Made by a program: the position numbers and the translations under genes
The notes under the pieces: generated by a model
The model's input: only the letters and a program-made list of their open reading frames with translations
The model's database searches: none
Told to the model about the DNA's origin: nothing
Part shown: positions 58,264 through 64,000 of the stretch, in pieces
Layout: each line of letters opens with the position of its first letter
How positions within the stretch are numbered: the first letter of the stretch is position 1
NCBI GenBank assembly: GCA_963666425.2
Contig: OY762825.2
Location: 2,720,001-2,784,000, forward strand
DNA from: Bacillota bacterium
GTDB taxonomy: Bacteria > Bacillota > JAAYKD01
Direction: 5' to 3'
DNA: 64,000 nt

Positions 58264-59010
58264 ATGAATTTTAAAATTGCACATCTGTATCCCAATCAAA
58301 TGAATCTTTACGGGGATAAAGGCAATGTGATCGCTCTGGCCCACCGTGCCGAATGGCATGGTTTGCAGCCGGAGGTGATTACGCTGGCGCCGGGGGAGAC
58401 CTTCGCTCCCGATGACTTTGACCTGCTCTTCATTGGCGGAGGACAGGATCGGGAACAAAGACTGATTTGCCAGGATTTTCAGGAAATCAAAAAAGACTGT
58501 TTGATTGCTGCGGTCGAAGACAATATGGTGATCTTGGCCATCTGCGGCGGTTATCAATTGCTGGGTAAATACTATCAAGTGGATGAGAACCAAATCATAC
58601 CGGGAATCGGAATTCTCGATGTCTGGACGGTTGCCGGCAGCAAACGCCTGATTGGCAATGTGTTGGTTGAGAGCAATACACCGGGCGGCAGGCTCGTTGG
58701 CTTTGAAAACCACAGCGGCTTGACCTACCTCGGACCAACAGCGAAACCCCTGGGGAAAGTGATGGCAGGCTATGGCAACAACGGGGAGGATGGCTTGGAA
58801 GGCTGCATCTATCGCAACGTTTTTGGTTCCTATCTGCATGGTTCTCTGCTGCCCAAAAACCCTGCCCTGGCAGATTATCTACTGCAATTAGCTCTGCAGC
58901 GGCGCGGAATTGATTGGAAATTTAAGACATTAAACGACGAAATTGAACTGTCAGCCCATCAAGTTGCGGAGAAAATCGCCAAACAGGCGAAAAAAAATCC
59001 GGGAGTTTGA
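58264..59010 (+). CDS. gatD: Glutamine amidotransferase subunit GatD
   Basis: NLYGDKGN, GGGQD, ICGGYQLLG, FENHSG and YLHGSLLPKN; directly follows murT. Confidence 0.93.
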   Translation: MNFKIAHLYPNQMNLYGDKGNVIALAHRAEWHGLQPEVITLAPGETFAPDDFDLLFIGGGQDREQRLICQDFQEIKKDCLIAAVEDNMVILAICGGYQLLGKYYQVDENQIIPGIGILDVWTVAGSKRLIGNVLVESNTPGGRLVGFENHSGLTYLGPTAKPLGKVMAGYGNNGEDGLEGCIYRNVFGSYLHGSLLPKNPALADYLLQLALQRRGIDWKFKTLNDEIELSAHQVAEKIAKQAKKNPGV

Positions 59011-59030
59011 TGAAAAAGTGAAAAAAGCTA

Positions 59031-59059
59031 TTGACGAACCGAAATTCTTAGGATATAAT
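59031..59059 (+). promoter_or_regulatory. Strong sigma-A promoter of the tRNA operon
   Basis: TTGACG-N17-TATAAT with an A-tract UP element upstream. Confidence 0.85.
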
Positions 59060-59091
59060 ACTTTCTGCTTGGACGAAATCCAATAAGAAAC

Positions 59092-59168
59092 GGAACTGTG
59101 GTGTAGCGGCCTAACATGCCTGCCTGTCACGCAGGAGATCGACGGTTCAAATCCGTTCAGTTCCGCCA
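59092..59168 (+). tRNA. tRNA-Asp(GTC)
   Basis: CCTGC-CTGTCAC-GCAGG anticodon arm and CCA end. Confidence 0.95.
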
Positions 59169-59174
59169 AGCTAT

Positions 59175-59250
<76 letters not shown>

Positions 59251-59256
59251 TTTCGC

Positions 59257-59332
59257 GCGGAAATAGCTCAATTGGTAGAGCGCCACCTTGCCAAGGTGGA
59301 GGTTGCGGGTCCGAGTCCCGTTTTCCGCTCCA
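59257..59332 (+). tRNA. tRNA-Gly(GCC) copy 1, T-loop TCCGAGT
   Basis: CCACC-TTGCCAA-GGTGG anticodon arm and CCA end. Confidence 0.95.
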
Positions 59333-59346
59333 ATTTCTCTTGGTAT

Positions 59347-59421
59347 GGCGGCATCGCCAAGTGGTAAGGCAAAGGTCTGCAAAACCTTTATTCCCCAGTC
59401 CGAATCTGGGTGCCGCCTCCA
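59347..59421 (+). tRNA. tRNA-Cys(GCA), T-loop TCCGAAT
   Basis: AAGGT-CTGCAAA-ACCTT anticodon arm, U73 discriminator and CCA end. Confidence 0.95.
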
Positions 59422-59430
59422 TATTATTAT

Positions 59431-59518
59431 GCCGGGATGGCGGAATTGGCAGACGCAAGGGACTTAAAATCCCTCGATCCAAAAGATCATACCGGTTCAA
59501 CCCCGGTTCTCGGCACCA
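59431..59518 (+). tRNA. tRNA-Leu(TAA)
   Basis: AGGGA-CTTAAAA-TCCCT anticodon arm, long variable arm and CCA end. Confidence 0.95.
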
Positions 59519-59523
59519 TTCTT

Positions 59524-59599
59524 GCGGAAATAGCTCAATTGGTAGAGCGCCACCTTGCCAAGGTGGAGGTTGCGGGTCCGAGTCCCGTTTTCCGCTCCA
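59524..59599 (+). tRNA. tRNA-Gly(GCC) copy 2
   Basis: Identical to the copy at 59257..59332. Confidence 0.95.
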
Positions 59600-59605
59600 A
59601 ACAAT

Positions 59606-59682
59606 GGGGGCGTAGCTCAGCTGGTATGAGCGCTACCTTGACACGGTAGAGGTCACGTGTTCGAACCACGTCGTCCCCACCA
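59606..59682 (+). tRNA. tRNA-Val(GAC)
   Basis: CTACC-TTGACAC-GGTAG anticodon arm and CCA end. Confidence 0.95.
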
Positions 59683-59694
59683 TTGTTGATTCCG

Positions 59695-59721
59695 GAGCTG
59701 TCCTGAACAGCTCTTTCTTTT
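59695..59721 (+). terminator. Internal terminator between tRNA-Val and tRNA-Pro
   Basis: GAGCTGT-CCTGA-ACAGCTC followed by TTTCTTTT. Confidence 0.65.
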
Positions 59722-59728
59722 ATCGCTT

Positions 59729-59805
59729 CGGGGCGTAGCGCAGCTTGGTAGCGCGTTTGGTTCGGGACCAAAAGGCCGGAGGTTCGAATCCTCTCGCCCC
59801 GACCA
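59729..59805 (+). tRNA. tRNA-Pro(CGG)
   Basis: C1-G72 acceptor pair, TTTGG-TTCGGGA-CCAAA anticodon arm and CCA end. Confidence 0.95.
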
Positions 59806-59870
59806 CTGGAAAATGATACGATTTTGGTTTTGGCAGGGCGGTTTCGCTTTGCAGTGCGCTGAATTCGTAG

Positions 59871-59917
59871 AAGAAAAGAGCGACTAAGATACAAGTGTAT
59901 CTTGGTCGCTTTTCTTA
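59871..59917 (+). terminator. Terminator at the end of the tRNA cluster
   Basis: AAGAGCGACTAAGATAC/GTATCTTGGTCGCTTTT. Confidence 0.8.
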
Positions 59918-60122
59918 TGTACCTATTTTAATTTTTATGATGAGATGATATGAATTGATAAAATGAAGGGATCATCTCTTGCAAACTGGTTGTCAATAGA
60001 GTAAAATTAATCTAATGAGATTTCTTCTGAAGTTATTCATGGATGTTGGTGATCTGCCTGTCATGATAAATGCAAATATCCTCAGGATATTTACAGATAC
60101 AAGAAGCGAAAGGAGTATGATC

Positions 60123-61637
60123 ATGAGCGACCACAAGAAACTTACAAACGAAGTCGGTGCCCCTGTTGCAGACAATGAAAACTCTATCACTGCCGGTCCC
60201 CGCGGTCCTGTTGTCATGCAGGATGTGTGGCTGATGGAAAAAATGGCTCACTTCAACCGCGAGGTCATCCCCGAACGCCGTATGCATGCCAAAGGCTGGG
60301 GTGCTTACGGCAAGCTTACCATAACCCATGATATCTCGCGGTATACTAAGGCGAAAGTTCTTCAACCCGGAGCACAAACAGAGTTATTTCTTCGTTTCTC
60401 CACTGTTGCGGGTGAACGCGGTGCTGCCGATGCAGAACGTGACATCCGCGGCGTTGCCATCAAGTTTTATACCGAAGAAGGCAACTGGGATTTGGTTGGC
60501 AACAACACTCCGACCTTCTTTATCCGCGATGTGCATAATTTCTCCGATTTAAACCGCGCCGTCAAACGCGATCCGCGTACTGGCCGCCGCTCCGCTCAGA
60601 ACAACTGGGATTTCTGGACGCTGTTGCCTGAATGCTTCCATCAGATTACAATCGTCATGAGTGATCGGGGTATTCCTGCCTCCTTCCGCAACATGCACTT
60701 GTTTGGTGAACACACCTTTTCTTTCTATAACGAGAAAAATGAGCGCGTCTGGTGTAAATTCCACTTCAAAACCCAACAGGGTATCAGGAATCTTTCCAAT
60801 GAAGAAGCCGCGAAGATCAACGGCATGGACCGCGAATATCATGGTAAGGATCTTTATGATTCCATCGAACGTGGTGATTTCCCCAAATGGACGATGTATG
60901 TTCAGATTATGAGCGAAGAACAAGCAAAAAATCACTATGAGAATCCTTTTGACATTACGAAGGTTTGGCGTCATGCCGAATACCCCCTCATTGAGGTCGG
61001 AGTGTTGGAACTCAATCGGAATCCCGAAAACTTCTTCGCAGAGGTAGAACAGGCAGCTTTTACTCCTGCTCACGTAGTCCCTGGCATTGGTTTTAGCCCG
61101 GATCGCTTCTTGCAGGGCAGACTGTTCTCCTATGGTGATGCGCAGCGCTATCGTCTTGGCGTCAATCACAATCTCATTCCGGTGAATCGTGCCAAAGTCG
61201 AGGTTAATGAATACCATCGCGATGGTGCCATGCGCGTGGATGGCAATTATGGCAGCACGCCGGCTTATAGCCCGAACAGTTACGGTGCTTGGACTGCTCA
61301 ACCCGAAGTGATGGAACCACCGCTGGATTTGGAGGGAGCTATCTACCGTTATGACCCAAAAGATGACCCAACAGACGACTGTTTTCGCGCAGGTGGTAAT
61401 TTGTGGCGTGTATTGACTGAAGAAAAGAAGCAGTTATTGATTGAAAATACTGCGGCTGATATCGCATCCGTGACGGAGAATATTAAGTACCGTCATGCGG
61501 TTCACTGCTATCTCGCCGACCAGGAATACGGCAAGCGCTTTACAAAAGCGGTTGGGCTTTGCCTGGATAAGGTAAAGATGCTGTCTAAACTAGACAATCA
61601 TGGCTTAATCCAGGCAACCCTACCTGATTCTATGTAA
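60123..61637 (+). CDS. katA: Monofunctional heme catalase (small subunit)
   Basis: [15 protein letters not shown] (distal His), RFSTV, DLVGNN and RLFSYGDA (proximal Tyr). RBS AAGGAG precedes ATG 60123. Confidence 0.95.
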   Translation: MSDHKKLTNEVGAPVADNENSITAGPRGPVVMQDVWLMEKMAHFNREVIPERRMHAKGWGAYGKLTITHDISRYTKAKVLQPGAQTELFLRFSTVAGERGAADAERDIRGVAIKFYTEEGNWDLVGNNTPTFFIRDVHNFSDLNRAVKRDPRTGRRSAQNNWDFWTLLPECFHQITIVMSDRGIPASFRNMHLFGEHTFSFYNEKNERVWCKFHFKTQQGIRNLSNEEAAKINGMDREYHGKDLYDSIERGDFPKWTMYVQIMSEEQAKNHYENPFDITKVWRHAEYPLIEVGVLELNRNPENFFAEVEQAAFTPAHVVPGIGFSPDRFLQGRLFSYGDAQRYRLGVNHNLIPVNRAKVEVNEYHRDGAMRVDGNYGSTPAYSPNSYGAWTAQPEVMEPPLDLEGAIYRYDPKDDPTDDCFRAGGNLWRVLTEEKKQLLIENTAADIASVTENIKYRHAVHCYLADQEYGKRFTKAVGLCLDKVKMLSKLDNHGLIQATLPDSM

Positions 61638-61744
61638 ATTCGAAAGCCATTAGGGAGAATTTTCAATTACAGAGGATCGAAACGCCAAGTTGAATTTTTG
61701 TCAGCGAATTGCAGGGGAAGTCAATTGAACTGAGTTGAGAACAA

Positions 61745-61786
61745 GAGAGCTGCTGCATCGAACGATACAACAGCTCTCGGTTTTTC
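61745..61786. terminator. Terminator between katA and corA
   Basis: GAGAGCTG...CAGCTCTC followed by a T tract. Confidence 0.65.
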
Positions 61787-62705
61787 AGATATACTTTTTC
61801 TTTTTAAAGATCCAGAGACAGAGCAGAACCGTCAGCACACTGATCAGAATCACCGAAGGATAACCGTATTGCCAGTGCAGTTCCGGCATATGTACAAAAT
61901 TCATACCATACCAGCCGACGATAAAGGTCAGCGGGGTGAAAATCGAAGTGATAATGGTGAAAACAGTCATAATATTGTTCTGCCGCAGTTCGATGGTGGA
62001 GCGATAGACTTCCCGGATCTGCATAGAATATTCCCGGATGCTCTGGGTATTGTTCTTCAGCCGCTCGGTGCGTTCCGCAAACAAACGGAAGAGATACAAG
62101 CGGTTGACCTGAAAACAGTTATTTTCGTTGTTGTGAAAGGCATGGGCAATTTCGATAATCTGGGTGTAACAATTCAATAAGGTGAGCAATTCTTTATGGC
62201 AGATGATCATTTTCTCGTTGAAGTTTTCCAGATTGCCGGCCAAGATGGCATCTTCCAGATCTGAGATGCGTTCCTCCAGGTCTTCTAAAACATCGATGTC
62301 ATCACCGGTCAGATCGTCGAAAAAATCAAACAGGAAGCGTTCAGGAGAAGCCTGCCGCCAATTTTTCGATTCGACCATACATTGCAGCAGAGGCAGCACG
62401 GTGTTTTTATTATCAACAAAGACGATCCTGCCGGGTTTGATATAATAGATGAATTTTTTATCATCTTCTGTGTCAGACAGATTCGGCATGAGAAAGGTAC
62501 CGAGATAATAATCAAAATGAGATTCGACTTTGGTCAAGCGGATGCTGTCAAAATCAACCTCACGCGGTTCTGCAAAACCACATGCTGTTTTGTAAAGAGA
62601 AAATTCCCGGGAATCCATCAACAAGATATATTTTTCTGGCCAGACAGACAGATCGGCTGTCTCCATCGGGATGAGGTAGTTTTCACCATATCCGTATAAC
62701 TGCAT
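61785..62705 (-). CDS. corA: CorA family divalent cation transporter
   Basis: C-terminal PLTFIVGWYGMNF and MPELHWQYGYP with two TM helices. Confidence 0.88.
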   Translation of the reverse strand: MQLYGYGENYLIPMETADLSVWPEKYILLMDSREFSLYKTACGFAEPREVDFDSIRLTKVESHFDYYLGTFLMPNLSDTEDDKKFIYYIKPGRIVFVDNKNTVLPLLQCMVESKNWRQASPERFLFDFFDDLTGDDIDVLEDLEERISDLEDAILAGNLENFNEKMIICHKELLTLLNCYTQIIEIAHAFHNNENNCFQVNRLYLFRLFAERTERLKNNTQSIREYSMQIREVYRSTIELRQNNIMTVFTIITSIFTPLTFIVGWYGMNFVHMPELHWQYGYPSVILISVLTVLLCLWIFKKKKYI

Positions 62706-63000
62706 GCCTCTTCACTACTTTCCGGCTTTTTTTTGAGTATACCACAGAAGAAAATAGAAACACAAGAGAAAAAGACAAAAAGCTGCCGATTTTGCGTAGG
62801 GTAGATTGTCAAACGCTGCGGATAAGCCAACAGGACAATTGTTTTACAACTGAGAAGAAATTGTATGTCTCCTAAACAATCCAGCAGAGATCGTTTTTTT
62901 GGCGGAACTGGATTTTTCTCTGTGGCTCCTCTTGATTTTCAGATTGACTCATGCTATACTATCTCCCGTTGCAAGGCTTGCCAGACTCCTCGGCAGATAT

Positions 63001-63076
<76 letters not shown>

Positions 63077-63080
63077 AATA

Positions 63081-63118
63081 AAAAACGGATTGATTGGCTG
63101 CAATCAATCCGTTTTTTC
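63081..63118 (+). terminator. Terminator after tRNA-Thr
   Basis: AAAAACGGATTGATTG/CAATCAATCCGTTTTTT. Confidence 0.85.
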
Positions 63119-63248
63119 TATCGGTTCCGTTGTCAGTAATGCAGAGAGAGTCAGCAGGGCATTTTGACTTGCGGCAAGGAAAATACTGGTAATGCTGCTC
63201 GAAATATGATATAATAAAGTAACCTTTTCTATGGGGAGGAAGAGCTAA

Positions 63249-63767
63249 TTGCAAAAAAAGAAAGTGATTGTTCTGCCTTATGATCCAAACTGGCCCAACG
63301 AATTCGAAAAAATCAAATCGGAACTAGCAGCTGCCTTGCCGCTGCCCAATCTGCGGATCGAACATGTCGGTAGCACATCGGTGCCGGGTTTAGCGGCAAA
63401 ACCGGTGATTGATCTCGACTTGATTATCGAAGACGATCTGTTTCGCGAAATCAAACAAAGACTGCTGGCGGCCGGCTATACCCATGAAGGAGATCTTGGC
63501 ATACCAGGCCGGGAAGCATTTAAATACAGCGGAAAGCCGCGTCTGATGAAGCATCATCTCTACGTTTGTGGCAAGAGCAGTCAAGAATGGCAAAGGCACC
63601 TTGCTTTTCGGGATTGGCTGAAGAACCACGCGGACGATCGGGACTGGTATGCGCGAACAAAACTGGAAGCGGCTTCGCTTTATCCGGAAGATATTGACGC
63701 TTATATTTTATATAAGACGCCCTGCATTTTTACAATCTACCAAAAATGTGGTCTGCTGACCAAGTGA
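63249..63767 (+). CDS. GrpB/UPF0157 family nucleotidyltransferase-like protein
   Basis: YDPNW, EHVGSTSVPGLAAKPVID, HHLYV, HLAFRDWL and YxxxK. Confidence 0.9.
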   Translation: MQKKKVIVLPYDPNWPNEFEKIKSELAAALPLPNLRIEHVGSTSVPGLAAKPVIDLDLIIEDDLFREIKQRLLAAGYTHEGDLGIPGREAFKYSGKPRLMKHHLYVCGKSSQEWQRHLAFRDWLKNHADDRDWYARTKLEAASLYPEDIDAYILYKTPCIFTIYQKCGLLTK

Positions 63768-63808
63768 AAATGCAGCACGATTTAAAATCAAGGGAGGTTT
63801 AGAGCAAA

Positions 63809-64000
63809 ATGGAAGAAAGACTGGCTGAAAAGCTGGAAGCATTATGCCGGGATTGGCAGATTTCCGGTGAAGTTTGTCTGACCTATCAAAATGAAATAGT
63901 CTATAACCAGGTCTTTGGTATGGCTGATCGGGAAAATCAGATTCCCTTTGCTTTTGAGACCAACTGCTATCTTGCTTCGGTAACCAAACAGTTTACGGCA
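63809..64000 (+). CDS. Serine hydrolase (beta-lactamase family), N-terminal part truncated by the window edge
   Basis: GGGAGG RBS. MEERLAEK...FGMADRE...LASVTKQFTA contains the SxxK motif. Confidence 0.8.
   Translation, partial: MEERLAEKLEALCRDWQISGEVCLTYQNEIVYNQVFGMADRENQIPFAFETNCYLASVTKQFTA

Noticed and set aside
62706-62900. M-box magnesium riboswitch upstream of corA
   Set aside because: No ykoK consensus is seen, and an extended -10 lies about 30 nt from the start codon.

Overview
Chromosomal window from an anaerobic Gram-positive bacterium (Bacillota/Clostridia-like, inferred from SLH domains, MurT/GatD, a CtsR box and a clostridial-order rnf operon). The first 9.2 kb is a cell-surface operon: the tail of a copper-amine-oxidase-N (stalk) domain gene, a secreted dockerin-bearing protein, and a ~2715-aa SLH-anchored protein with an N-terminal cohesin-like module and a long repeat stalk. 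No carbohydrate-active enzyme is encoded, so this looks like a non-cellulosomal cohesin-dockerin display system and is the best candidate for an undescribed system. The rest is mostly housekeeping: rnfCDEAB (rnfG absent), cdd, an orphan DNA methyltransferase, tagO-wecB-murA (murA frameshifted, no atp operon in between), clpB, purC, a selenium/sulfur-associated LysR-desulfurase-DUF3343 trio, polA, ND-aspS, a split GlnK/GlnL-like two-component pair, topB, oppDF, dac, murT-gatD, katA, corA and 12 tRNA genes. Other oddities are five tRNA genes with C55 in the T-loop, a leader-peptide attenuator ahead of a SAM methyltransferase, and two apparently cofactor-dead proteins (pterin-binding-like and ferredoxin-like). 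No CRISPR array, integrase or transposase was seen. All calls come from reading motifs by eye; no database searches were run.
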